A stretch of 38,750 bases of DNA from an uncultured Bacilli bacterium (GCA_947631135.1 CANRKE010000002.1:1-38750), one strand, 5' to 3'. Shown: positions 19,710 through 28,896, numbered from the stretch's first letter. Notes: generated by a model from the sequence alone, not told the origin. Program-made: numbers and translations.

Positions 19710-20231
19710 ATGGAAGCTATGGATGAAAAACAATATTGTATTGATTGGATAGAATATTATAAATTAGCACAAATTTATTTTAATCATTATGGTAATTTGA
19801 AAATGACGAGGGATTTTAGAACATCTGATGGAATAACGTATGATAAAAATGGTATAGATTTGGGTAAATGGGTATTGAAAAATCATAATATGTATATAAA
19901 CAATATATTAGGTGATCAAAAAAATGTTATGCTTCAAAAAATTGGAATAGATTATACAGATAGTACTAATAATAAAGATTGGAATGAAATTTATAAATTA
20001 GCTAGACTATATTGTATTTATAGTGGAAAAAATAGTATACCATTAACATTTAAAACAAAAAATGGGTATGATTATGATAAAAATGGTATAGAAATAGGTA
20101 GATGGATAAATAACCAGAGAATTTTATATAAAAATAAATTATTAAGTGAAGAGCAAATACAATTACTTGAAAAAATTGGCTTTAGACCAAATATTAAAAG
20201 TAATAAAGGTTTTGGCAATGTAAAATATTAA
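19710..20231 (+). CDS. Helicase-associated (HA) domain repeat protein, stand-alone
   Basis: Two repeats of the pattern W..Y..L..Y....G......F.T..G..YD.NG...G.W...Q. The ATG at 19710 is better spaced from GGGGA than the one at 19704. Confidence 0.65.
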   Translation: MEAMDEKQYCIDWIEYYKLAQIYFNHYGNLKMTRDFRTSDGITYDKNGIDLGKWVLKNHNMYINNILGDQKNVMLQKIGIDYTDSTNNKDWNEIYKLARLYCIYSGKNSIPLTFKTKNGYDYDKNGIEIGRWINNQRILYKNKLLSEEQIQLLEKIGFRPNIKSNKGFGNVKY

Positions 20232-20249
20232 TCTTTACATTGTTTTTTT
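20216..20249 (+). terminator. Intrinsic terminator after the HA-domain gene
   Basis: CAATGTAAA-ATATTAATC-TTTACATTG is a 9-bp stem followed by TTTTTTT. Confidence 0.7.
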
Positions 20250-20293
20250 ATAAGGTTTTCGTGGAACAAATTAAAAAAAATTTTAATAATTGA

Positions 20294-20322
20294 TTGACTA
20301 AAAATTTGTCAAAATATATAAT
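20294..20322 (+). promoter_or_regulatory. Sigma-A-type promoter for pflB
   Basis: TTGACT (20294..20299), a 17-nt spacer, then TATAAT (20317..20322). Confidence 0.7.
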
Positions 20323-20353
20323 GAATTTGTATATGTAGGAAGGATTGATTTAC

Positions 20354-22597
20354 ATGAATGAATGGAAAGATTTTAATGAAGGAGTTTGGACTAAAGAAAT
20401 AAACGTAAGTGATTTCATTCAAAAAAACTATAAAAATTATGATGGATCAGATGGAGGTGACGGATCTAGTTTTCTAGTGGGTGTTACTGATAGAACTAAA
20501 AAAGTATGGGACAAGTGTACTGATCTGTTAAAAGAAGAATTAAAAAAACATGTATTAGATATAGATGTTGATCATATGTCTGGAATAAATTCATTTGATG
20601 CTGGTTACATAGATAAAGATAATGAAGTAATAGTAGGATTACAAACAGATGCTCCTCTTAAGAGAATAGTAAATCCATACGGTGGTATACGTATGGTTTA
20701 TCAAGAGTTAGATGCTTATGGATATAAATTAAATAAAGATGTAGATAAATATTTTAATGAATTTAGAAAGACTCATAATCAAGGTGTATTTGATGCATAT
20801 TCAAATGATATTAGAAAAGCAAGACATGTTGGGTTACTAACAGGATTACCTGATGCATATGGTCGTGGTAGAATTATTGGTGACTATAGAAGAGTTGCAC
20901 TTTATGGTATAGATTATTTAATGGAATGCAAGAAAAACGAATGGGACAACATATATCTTGGTGATATGACTGAAGATTTAATTAGAACACGTGAAGAGTT
21001 ATCTATGCAATATCGTGCTTTACAAGATATAAAAGATATGGCACTAAAATATGGATATGATATGTCAAAGCCAGCTAAAAATTCACGTGAAGCAGTTCAA
21101 TGGTTATATTTTGGATATTTAGCTGCAGTAAAAGAAAATAATGGGGCTGCAATGAGCTTAGGTCGTGTTGACGCATTTCTAGATATATACTTTGAAAGAG
21201 ATTTAAAAAATGGTGTAATAACAGAAGAAGAAATTCAAGAATTAATTGATCAATTTGTAATTAAATTAAGATTAGTACGTCATTTAAGAACACCTGAATA
21301 TGATGAATTATTCTCAGGAGATCCAACTTGGGTTACATGTTCAATAGGTGGTATTAATAAAGAAGGAAAATCTATGGTCACTAAAACTTCTTATAGAATT
21401 TTACATACTCTAACTAACCTAGATCCAGCACCAGAACCTAATATGACTGTTTTATGGAGTACAAAACTACCTGAGGCATTTAAAAAATATTGTGCAAAAA
21501 TGAGTATTGCAACTGATGCTATTCAATATGAAAATGATGATTTGATGAGAGAAGTATATGGTGATGATTATGCGATCGCTTGTTGTGTATCTGCAATGAG
21601 AGTAGGACGTGATATGCAATTCTTTGGTGCTCGTTGTAATTTAGCTAAATCATTATTATATTCAATTAATGGTGGTATTGATGAAGTAAAATTTGAAAAA
21701 GTAATTGATGGATTTGAAATAATGGACGATGAAATACTAGACTATGAAAAGGTTAAAAAATCATATTTTAAAATGCTTGAACATGTTGCAGAAATATATT
21801 CTAATGCAATGAATGTTATACATTATATGCATGATAAATATGCTTATGAAGCTGGACAAATGGCACTTCATGATACCGATGTACATAGATATATGGCTTA
21901 TGGAGTTGCTGGATTATCTGTTGCATGTGATTCTTTATCAGCAATTAAATATGCTAAAGTAAAACCAATTAGAAATGAAGATGGTATAGCTATTGATTTT
22001 GAAGTTATTGGTGATTATCCTAAATATGGTAATGATGATGATAGAGTAGATAATATTGCTAAAGAAATATTAGAAAAGATGCATTCAGAACTTGAAAAAC
22101 ATAAAACATATAGAAATGCTGAAGTTACAATGTCAGTACTTACTATAACTTCTAATGTAGTATATGGATCAAAGACTGGTGCAACACCTGATGGAAGAAA
22201 AGCTGGTGTTCCATTTGCTCCTGGTGCTAATCCAATGCATGAAAGAGATAAAAGTGGAGCAATTGCAAGTTTAAATTCTGTTGCAAAACTTGATTATGCA
22301 AATTGTTGTAAAGATGGTATATCTAATACTTTCTCAATAGTACCTGCTACATTAGGTGAAGAGGATAGTGAAAGAATTAAAAATTTAGTAACACTTATGG
22401 ATGGATATTTTGTTCAAGGTGCACATCACTTAAATGTAAATGTATTAAATCGTGAAACTTTAATAGATGCTATGAATAATCCAGATAAATATCCATTACT
22501 AACAATAAGAGTATCTGGTTATGCAGTAAGATTCAATAGATTAACAAAGAAACAACAACAAGAAGTAATATCTAGAACATTCCATGAAAAGATGTAA
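20354..22597 (+). CDS. pflB: Formate C-acetyltransferase (pyruvate formate-lyase)
   Basis: About 747 aa with the glycyl-radical motif [11 protein letters not shown] and the active-site segment [20 protein letters not shown] lies 9 nt before the ATG at 20354. Confidence 0.95.
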   Translation: MNEWKDFNEGVWTKEINVSDFIQKNYKNYDGSDGGDGSSFLVGVTDRTKKVWDKCTDLLKEELKKHVLDIDVDHMSGINSFDAGYIDKDNEVIVGLQTDAPLKRIVNPYGGIRMVYQELDAYGYKLNKDVDKYFNEFRKTHNQGVFDAYSNDIRKARHVGLLTGLPDAYGRGRIIGDYRRVALYGIDYLMECKKNEWDNIYLGDMTEDLIRTREELSMQYRALQDIKDMALKYGYDMSKPAKNSREAVQWLYFGYLAAVKENNGAAMSLGRVDAFLDIYFERDLKNGVITEEEIQELIDQFVIKLRLVRHLRTPEYDELFSGDPTWVTCSIGGINKEGKSMVTKTSYRILHTLTNLDPAPEPNMTVLWSTKLPEAFKKYCAKMSIATDAIQYENDDLMREVYGDDYAIACCVSAMRVGRDMQFFGARCNLAKSLLYSINGGIDEVKFEKVIDGFEIMDDEILDYEKVKKSYFKMLEHVAEIYSNAMNVIHYMHDKYAYEAGQMALHDTDVHRYMAYGVAGLSVACDSLSAIKYAKVKPIRNEDGIAIDFEVIGDYPKYGNDDDRVDNIAKEILEKMHSELEKHKTYRNAEVTMSVLTITSNVVYGSKTGATPDGRKAGVPFAPGANPMHERDKSGAIASLNSVAKLDYANCCKDGISNTFSIVPATLGEEDSERIKNLVTLMDGYFVQGAHHLNVNVLNRETLIDAMNNPDKYPLLTIRVSGYAVRFNRLTKKQQQEVISRTFHEKM

Positions 22598-22601
22598 TTA
22601 A

Positions 22602-23300
22602 ATGGTTGGATATATAAATAAAATTGAATCTATGGGATTAGTTGATGGACCTGGTATTCGTACAGTTATATTTATGCAAGGATGTAATTTAAGATGTATA
22701 TTCTGTCATAATCCCGAATCATGGAATAAAAATATTAACGAAAAATATACTCCAATTGAATTAGTAAATAAAATTAAAAGATTTAAACCTTACTATGGTA
22801 GAGATGGTGGAGTAACATTTTCTGGTGGAGAACCACTTGTACAAACTGAATTTTTAATTGAAACATGTAAATTATTAAAAGAAGAAGGTATTAATATTTG
22901 CCTTGATACTGCAGGCGTTGGATGTACAAATTATGAAATACTTGATTATGTTGATTTAATTATACTTGATATTAAACATATAACTAAAGAAGGATATAAA
23001 TATATTACTGGGTTGGAATTAGATGAATTTAATACATTTTTGAGTGAAGTAATTAAAAGAAATAAAAAATTATGGTTAAGACAAGTTATAGTTCCTGGAA
23101 TAAATGATAATATAGAATATATAAATAAATTGAAAGAATATACTAAAGTTATTCCTAATGTATTAAAAAAAGAATTATTACCTTATCATACAATGGGTGT
23201 ATCAAAATATAAAGGTCTTAATATTCCATATAGATTACTAAATGTTGATAGTATGGATAAATTAAAATGTGAAGAGTTAGAAAAAATATGGAACAACTAA
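22602..23300 (+). CDS. pflA: Pyruvate formate-lyase activating enzyme (radical SAM)
   Basis: ESMGLVDGPGIRTVIFMQGCNLRCIFCHNP (CxxxCxxC) and GGVTFSGGEPL are present. The gene is adjacent to pflB. Confidence 0.95.
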   Translation: MVGYINKIESMGLVDGPGIRTVIFMQGCNLRCIFCHNPESWNKNINEKYTPIELVNKIKRFKPYYGRDGGVTFSGGEPLVQTEFLIETCKLLKEEGINICLDTAGVGCTNYEILDYVDLIILDIKHITKEGYKYITGLELDEFNTFLSEVIKRNKKLWLRQVIVPGINDNIEYINKLKEYTKVIPNVLKKELLPYHTMGVSKYKGLNIPYRLLNVDSMDKLKCEELEKIWNN

Positions 23301-23376
23301 TAAATGCGAATATAAACACAATAACTGTAAAATAATTCTAAAATTTGTATAATTCACTTGTACTTTCCAAATTTTT

Positions 23377-23518
23377 TTGATAATATGAGATTGTAATAAA
23401 AAAGGTAGGTCCTCTCCATAAAAGAACATGTGCAAACATATGTTCGATATGGGGGGGGTCATAAAATTTTTATAAGACCTTAAAAGCTTACCTTAAATAA
23501 GGTAGGTGTTTTATTTGG
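23377..23518 (+). promoter_or_regulatory. Conserved structured 5' leader, copy C (terminal hairpin overlaps the SD and start of the downstream gene)
   Basis: A helix pairs 23408..23417 with 23451..23460 (the G8 run) and an inner hairpin lies at 23424..23445. The terminal hairpin is CTTACCTT (23487..23494)-AAAT-AAGGTAGG (23499..23506), followed by GTTTTATTT. The 8-mer AAGGTAGG is also present at 23402..23409. Confidence 0.6.
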
Positions 23519-25107
23519 ATAAGAATAAAAGAAAGGTAACAACAATAGTAACGACATTAATAGCGATAGTATTACTATTAATAAGTATAACATATGCATA
23601 CATGTCAGCAACAAAAGTAACAACAAAGAATTCAGTACAAGCAGGAACATTATTAATTAATTATGAAGATGATAAATTAAATACAGTAAATTTAAGTAAT
23701 ATACAACCAATATATGATAAAGATATAAAGACTAAAGCTAATAAAATATCATTTAAAGTAAACAATACAGGAACAGCTAAAGCTTATGTAGATATCAATA
23801 TAACAGATATTAACCTACCTAGTGAGTTAGCAGATTTAGAGTTTAAATGGGCACTATATTCTGGTGATGAAAAAATAAGTAATGGTAATTTCAGAAATGT
23901 ATTAGATAATAAATTACTTCTAATCAACAACGAAGAAATAGAATCAACTAAAAATAAAAGTTATGATTTATATATCTGGATAAGTGAATCAGAATTAGAT
24001 CAATCAGATATGATGAATAAAACATTTTCTGCTAAAATAACAGTAGTAGGACATCAAAATAAACAAGCAGAATTACTTTCAAAAGTAATTAAAGATAATA
24101 ATGAACCTAGTACACAAAAACCTGATTTCAACAAAACATCAGAAACAGATGACGGATTAATACAAGATATAGATAAAGATGGAGAAACTTATTATTTTAG
24201 AGGAGCAGTAGAATACAATTATTTAAAAATAGAAGGATTAACATGGCCTGATGATTCAGAGACAGGATATCTAATACCTGGTAGTAAATTATTGATAGTA
24301 TTTCCTACAAAAAATGAGGCAGAAAATACTTGTAATTCATCATATTCACAATATGGATATCAATCAATAGATGAATGTAAAAATGAGATAAAGGAAGTAG
24401 GAGCACAACCAGGTGAATATATGTTATTTAGGGTAGTAAGAATTAATGGGGATAGAACTATTAGAATTATAGCTGATGGATCAATTGGTAAGAGTTCGTT
24501 TAATGTACCATCTAATGAAGAAAAGTATGTAGGGTATACATATAATAACAGTAAACCAAATATTCAAGATGGTGATTCTTCTACAATAAAGGAATATTTA
24601 GATAATTGGTATGACGAAAATATGACAAATTATAATAAGATATTCGCATATACAAGATATTGTAACGATACAACAACAGGACATATAAATAGTAGTGGAT
24701 ATTTATATTATGGAGCATATGATAGATTAGATGTCGATAATAATGGTGCTAATCCACAACCTACATATATATGTCCAAACACAGATAAATTATATGGAGG
24801 AGAATATGATTTAAAAATAGGATTATTATCAGCAGATGAAGTATCATTTGCAGGTGGAAAATATAATTCAATTAATCAAAATTATTATCTATTTGGTAAG
24901 AGTGGTTGGAGATTTCTTGGATCACCTAATTATTTTACAGGTAGTAATTCTAGTGAGTTTAGTATAAATGGATATGGTGGTTTAGGTATTAATAATATTA
25001 AAAATGAAAATTCAGTTATACCAGTCTTAAATCTACGTGCTGACACACCATTTATACAAGGTGATGGAACAAAGAACTCACCGTACATCGTAAGTGTAAA
25101 TAATTAA
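23515..25107 (+). CDS. Secreted or surface protein, paralog C (same family as 5524..6981 and 7220..8854)
   Basis: Same signal (IAIVLLLISITYAYMSA), N-domain and C-terminal motifs as the other paralogs. The TTG at 23515 lies 6 nt after AAGGTAGGTG and gives MDKNKRK..., matching the N-termini of A and B. The listed GTG at 23506 lies inside the SD. Confidence 0.85.
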   Translation: MDKNKRKVTTIVTTLIAIVLLLISITYAYMSATKVTTKNSVQAGTLLINYEDDKLNTVNLSNIQPIYDKDIKTKANKISFKVNNTGTAKAYVDINITDINLPSELADLEFKWALYSGDEKISNGNFRNVLDNKLLLINNEEIESTKNKSYDLYIWISESELDQSDMMNKTFSAKITVVGHQNKQAELLSKVIKDNNEPSTQKPDFNKTSETDDGLIQDIDKDGETYYFRGAVEYNYLKIEGLTWPDDSETGYLIPGSKLLIVFPTKNEAENTCNSSYSQYGYQSIDECKNEIKEVGAQPGEYMLFRVVRINGDRTIRIIADGSIGKSSFNVPSNEEKYVGYTYNNSKPNIQDGDSSTIKEYLDNWYDENMTNYNKIFAYTRYCNDTTTGHINSSGYLYYGAYDRLDVDNNGANPQPTYICPNTDKLYGGEYDLKIGLLSADEVSFAGGKYNSINQNYYLFGKSGWRFLGSPNYFTGSNSSEFSINGYGGLGINNIKNENSVIPVLNLRADTPFIQGDGTKNSPYIVSVNN

Positions 25108-25119
25108 ATTTATTAAAAT

Positions 25120-25175
25120 AAAAAAAAGATACTGTCTAAAATTAAGTAATTAATTTTAGACAGTACCATTTTTTT
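25120..25175. terminator. Bidirectional intrinsic terminator
   Basis: ACTGTCTAAAATTAA-GTAA-TTAATTTTAGACAGT (25131..25164) is a 15-bp stem flanked by an A-run (25120..25127) and a T-run (25169..25175). It sits between the convergent paralog C gene and the RiPP operon. Confidence 0.8.
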
Positions 25176-26457
25176 AATTACCTTCATTGTTATTTTTTTC
25201 AAGTAATAACTTTAGTAAAGGTTTAACAACAAATCTATTACGTACACAAGGTGTTCTCATAGTATTACTTAAGTTTCTATTATATAAGCATCCTCCTAAA
25301 CAAATAGGAAGAAAAGGGCATTCTTTACACTCTTCAAGTGCATATTTGAAATTATGATATTTTTCGGTATCATTTTTATCTACTGATGAAAAGTCTTGAA
25401 CACAAGCATGGGTAGTACCATCTGGAGCTATAACCACTGCATTTGATTTAGAAGCTAAACACCCATTAAATTTAGCTTTAGGAAATAAATCTTTAAGTGT
25501 AATTTTATTATTTGAATTAAGTAATGCTTTAAAAACATCGTAAAAGAAATCTTCTTTTTCAAAATCTTTAATATAGCTGTCAGCCATTTCATGTTCTGGT
25601 GGGAATAAGTAAGTAGGAAATAAATGAAGATTATCAAATTGCATTAAGTCAGATATAGAATCTAAAATTTTAGAAAAACTATCTTTATTGTGATTATCTA
25701 AATGTATTCTTAAATTAACATATACACCAGATTTTAATAGTTCCAATATTCCATCATGCGTTTTTTTAAAAGCACTTTCTCCATTTAAACTAACATTCTT
25801 TCTACGATTATGTTCTTCTTCTACTCCATCAATAGTAATATGCGCTGATTCTAAATGCCATTTATTAGTCATATGCGATATAAGATTTTTTGTAAGTAAG
25901 GTTCCATTAGTTGTAATTGATGAACTCCAGTTGTTATTTTTTAACTTATTCATGGATATTAACTTATCAATTATTTCATCAATTTTGTTAACACATAACA
26001 ATGGCTCACCACCATACCAATCTAGTACACATTTTGAGTTTTCATCTATATTTTTTGCTAAAAAATCTATAATTTTTTCGTTTGACTCTTTAGTTATGGA
26101 CTTCTTGCAATAATTTTCTTCGTAACAATAAAAACATTTAGCATTACAAGCTGTAGTAGGAATTATAGTAAAGAAATTAAGATTATTTTTTTTAGCAATT
26201 TCGATATTAGAAATAAATTTTTCATACTCATTAATATTATTTGGTACAATAAATCCATTTTCGGCTAGAATATGTTTTTCATCTTCTTTACTGCTTAGCA
26301 TATCATAATCTTCATCTATTATTACTACTGCTGAAGAAGCACTATTAAAAATAGCTTTTTTATTAAATTGACATACCTCAATATTATACATTGATTCTTT
26401 ATAAGGTATATCATCTACCAAATTATACTTGTTTTTACTTTCTCTACATATTTCCAT
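25174..26457 (-). CDS. Radical SAM/SPASM domain peptide-modifying enzyme B
   Basis: Radical SAM motif IIPTTACNAKCFYCYE (CxxxCxxC), plus WYGGEPLL and ITTNGTLL. The C-terminal SPASM Cys pattern reads C-x19-C ... CKECPFLPICLGGC...C. The start lies 2 nt after the methyltransferase stop. Confidence 0.85.
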   Translation of the reverse strand: MEICRESKNKYNLVDDIPYKESMYNIEVCQFNKKAIFNSASSAVVIIDEDYDMLSSKEDEKHILAENGFIVPNNINEYEKFISNIEIAKKNNLNFFTIIPTTACNAKCFYCYEENYCKKSITKESNEKIIDFLAKNIDENSKCVLDWYGGEPLLCVNKIDEIIDKLISMNKLKNNNWSSSITTNGTLLTKNLISHMTNKWHLESAHITIDGVEEEHNRRKNVSLNGESAFKKTHDGILELLKSGVYVNLRIHLDNHNKDSFSKILDSISDLMQFDNLHLFPTYLFPPEHEMADSYIKDFEKEDFFYDVFKALLNSNNKITLKDLFPKAKFNGCLASKSNAVVIAPDGTTHACVQDFSSVDKNDTEKYHNFKYALEECKECPFLPICLGGCLYNRNLSNTMRTPCVRNRFVVKPLLKLLLEKNNNEGN

Positions 26458-26458
26458 T

Positions 26459-27253
26459 TTATACCTTCTTTCTAGTAACTATTAATCCATGATTTGATGT
26501 TCCAAGTATTGATTTATTACGACATATTTTTAAATGATATCTCATCCAAATATCAAACTCAGCATCAGTCATTTGATTAATAGTATTTTGAAAAGCAATA
26601 CTTTGTCCATCTGTTGCTAAATGGTCAATAATTTCTAATTTATTATTTATTAAAATTTTTTCAATTTCAGAAGGATCATGAAAATAATTATCAGTCCAAA
26701 AGCAATATGGGCTATTAAACTCAATACAATGATTATCGATAATTTTATCCACTAATTCATTTGAAATCCTGTTTATATCACCTCTAATTGCACATGGAAA
26801 AACTGAAAATGGACTTATATAAGAAAACATAATAATACCATTAGGTTTTACAACTCTAATACATTCTTTTATACATTGATTTTGGTCAGAATTATTTAAA
26901 AGATGATATAAAGGACCCATGCAAAGCACAATATCAAAGCTATTATCTTTAAAAGTAGATAAATTTAATGCATTACAAACCATTGTTTTAATATTAATAT
27001 TTTTTTGTTTAATTATTTCATTAAGACGGTTAATGTGTTTTGGTACTAAATCAATAGAAGTTACATCCAAATTATGTTCCTTTAAATATAAAGAATAAAT
27101 ACCAACACCACACCCGACATCTAAACATTTCATTCCTGAAAAACAATATTTATCTAAAGTATTTATAGTTGTTAAATATTCTACTCTACGTGAAAGTGTA
27201 CTTTGTAGTCTATTTTCTTCGTCAATTTCCTTATATGATTCTATTAAATCCAA
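26459..27253 (-). CDS. Class I SAM-dependent methyltransferase
   Basis: Motif I LDVGCGVGIYS and the post-I acidic VTSIDL are present. The protein is 264 aa with a TTG start and no in-frame ATG alternative. Confidence 0.8.
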   Translation of the reverse strand: MDLIESYKEIDEENRLQSTLSRRVEYLTTINTLDKYCFSGMKCLDVGCGVGIYSLYLKEHNLDVTSIDLVPKHINRLNEIIKQKNINIKTMVCNALNLSTFKDNSFDIVLCMGPLYHLLNNSDQNQCIKECIRVVKPNGIIMFSYISPFSVFPCAIRGDINRISNELVDKIIDNHCIEFNSPYCFWTDNYFHDPSEIEKILINNKLEIIDHLATDGQSIAFQNTINQMTDAEFDIWMRYHLKICRNKSILGTSNHGLIVTRKKV

Positions 27254-27284
27254 TATTATACATCTTCTTTCTAAGAGTAACTTT

Positions 27285-28601
27285 CTATAAATTATTCATT
27301 TCATCAGCTGCTCTTTTTATTAAATCATTTATAGCACCCTTAACTGATGTGCAGGCATGATCTTTTCCATAAGTAAATGCTCTATATTTGCAGCCTCCTT
27401 GACATAGAGGAAGTAATTTACAATTATTACATTTTTCATCCTTAATATATGGGTTAGCAAAAACTTTAGATATTTCACTATTTGTTCTACCAGTAAAAAC
27501 GTTACCACTCGCATATTCTTCATGTCCTAATAATCTATGGCAATCAAAAATATTACCTGATGAATCTATTGTAAGCGATGATTTACATCCTCCATAACAA
27601 CTAGTTGGAATAGGTGTTAAATAATATTTTCTTAAAATAGCATCGTATTTTGTTCCTTCTTCAACTCTTTTATCGTAATTTCCAAAACTGCAATAATCTT
27701 TTTCTGCATCTAATAGTTCAATTAAAGGATGTTTTCTTTGATTTTTAAATTCATCTGTAATTGAAGGTATGTCTTTTGAATCAATAGGTGCTAGATAAAC
27801 AAAAAAGTTTTTATCTGATCCAAATCTGTCTTTTAGATAATCAACTGTTTTAATTGCTTTATCATTTTCTAGTGGATTAAAATTAATTCTAATTCTTACG
27901 TTTATATTATTATCCAAACATCTTTGAATATTATTCATTACAAGTTCAAATGGATTATCTATATTATAGTAATTCTTTATTTCATTATATTCATTATATA
28001 ACGCATCAATAGTTATTTGAATAATCTTTACATTCCATTCATTTACTGCTTTTTTAACAATTTCATCGTTTAATAAAGATCCATTTGTTATAATTTTTGA
28101 ATCAAATTTAACTCCATTTTTATGAAGTTTATCAACAATTAATGAAATTATTTTAGGTTCTAAAAGCGGCTCTCCACCAAACCATTGAATGACAAGATGT
28201 TCATCATCATGATTAGCGATAATATAATCTGCTACAGCCTCAGCTGTTTTTTTAGTCATTTTCTTTTGTTTTACACCTTTTTCAAAGCAATAATAACAAC
28301 GTGCATTACAGCCTGTAGTTGGACATATAATATAATAAGTTGGAGAAGTTTTATTTGCTTCCAACGTCATACATCTTAATGATTCCAAATATGAAAGTTC
28401 ATCATAATCATCATCAATTAAAAATCCCATTTCATGCAAAGATGAAACTTCTTCAGGATATTTTTCATAATCATTTTTTTCAAAAATTGACTCGTACATA
28501 TTTTTTTCTAATTCAACCATTGAAGTAGAAAAAGTAGAATAGAGTAAAACTGTATCAGGAGTTTTTCCCTTTTGTGATATTATAAACTTAGATTTTTTCA
28601 T
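27285..28601 (-). CDS. Radical SAM/SPASM domain peptide-modifying enzyme A
   Basis: Radical SAM motif IICPTTGCNARCYYCFE, plus WFGGEPLL and IITNGSLL. The SPASM pattern reads CYGGCKSSLTIDSSGNIFDC ... CNNCKLLPLCQGGCKY...C. About 90 aa precede the cluster motif, which is a possible RRE. RBS AAGGAG lies upstream. Confidence 0.85.
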   Translation of the reverse strand: MKKSKFIISQKGKTPDTVLLYSTFSTSMVELEKNMYESIFEKNDYEKYPEEVSSLHEMGFLIDDDYDELSYLESLRCMTLEANKTSPTYYIICPTTGCNARCYYCFEKGVKQKKMTKKTAEAVADYIIANHDDEHLVIQWFGGEPLLEPKIISLIVDKLHKNGVKFDSKIITNGSLLNDEIVKKAVNEWNVKIIQITIDALYNEYNEIKNYYNIDNPFELVMNNIQRCLDNNINVRIRINFNPLENDKAIKTVDYLKDRFGSDKNFFVYLAPIDSKDIPSITDEFKNQRKHPLIELLDAEKDYCSFGNYDKRVEEGTKYDAILRKYYLTPIPTSCYGGCKSSLTIDSSGNIFDCHRLLGHEEYASGNVFTGRTNSEISKVFANPYIKDEKCNNCKLLPLCQGGCKYRAFTYGKDHACTSVKGAINDLIKRAADEMNNL

Positions 28602-28631
28602 ATATTACTACTCCTTATTATATAAATAAAT

Positions 28632-28663
28632 ATTGTGTTGGTATAAGCACATACCAACACAAT
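28632..28663 (-). terminator. Hairpin between the precursor ORF and enzyme A (attenuator or partial terminator candidate)
   Basis: ATTGTGTTGGTAT-(6 nt)-ATACCAACACAAT is a 13-bp perfect stem. On the minus strand it is followed by ATTTATTTAT. Confidence 0.55.
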
Positions 28664-28696
28664 ATATTGTTTGTTTGTGCCAATTATAATATATAA

Positions 28697-28819
28697 TTAG
28701 CCATCACTACAATGACATAAACAACTACTTGCCATTTCATTAGCTACGAATTTTTCAGAAGCAGCTGTTTCAAGTTCTTTTGAAGCAATTTCTTGAGAAA
28801 CTTCTCTAATTATTTTCAT
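28697..28819 (-). CDS. 40-aa Cys-rich RiPP precursor candidate (not in the supplied ORF track)
   Basis: Hand translation gives MKIIREVSQEIASKELETAASEKFVANEMASSCLCHCSDG*. AAGGAGGTGAAGTT lies immediately before the ATG. The ORF sits between a consensus promoter and the radical SAM genes on the same strand. Confidence 0.75.
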   Translation of the reverse strand: MKIIREVSQEIASKELETAASEKFVANEMASSCLCHCSDG

Positions 28820-28867
28820 AACTTCACCTCCTTGATAAGGTCAATAAATATTTGTCATGACACCTAA

Positions 28868-28896
28868 AGTATAGCAAACACTTTATCATTTGTCAA
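28868..28896 (-). promoter_or_regulatory. Sigma-A-type promoter of the RiPP operon
   Basis: On the minus strand: TTGACA (28896..28891), a 17-nt spacer, then TATACT (28873..28868). This is about 50 nt upstream of the precursor ATG. Confidence 0.75.

Noticed and set aside
20294-20312. TTGAC-N9-GTCAA symmetry over the pflB -35 region as a possible anaerobic-regulator site.
   Set aside because: Only the outer 5 bp are symmetric, and one arm is simply the -35 hexamer. The spacing does not fit the FNR/CRP (N4) or Rex consensus as I recall them. It cannot be distinguished from chance.
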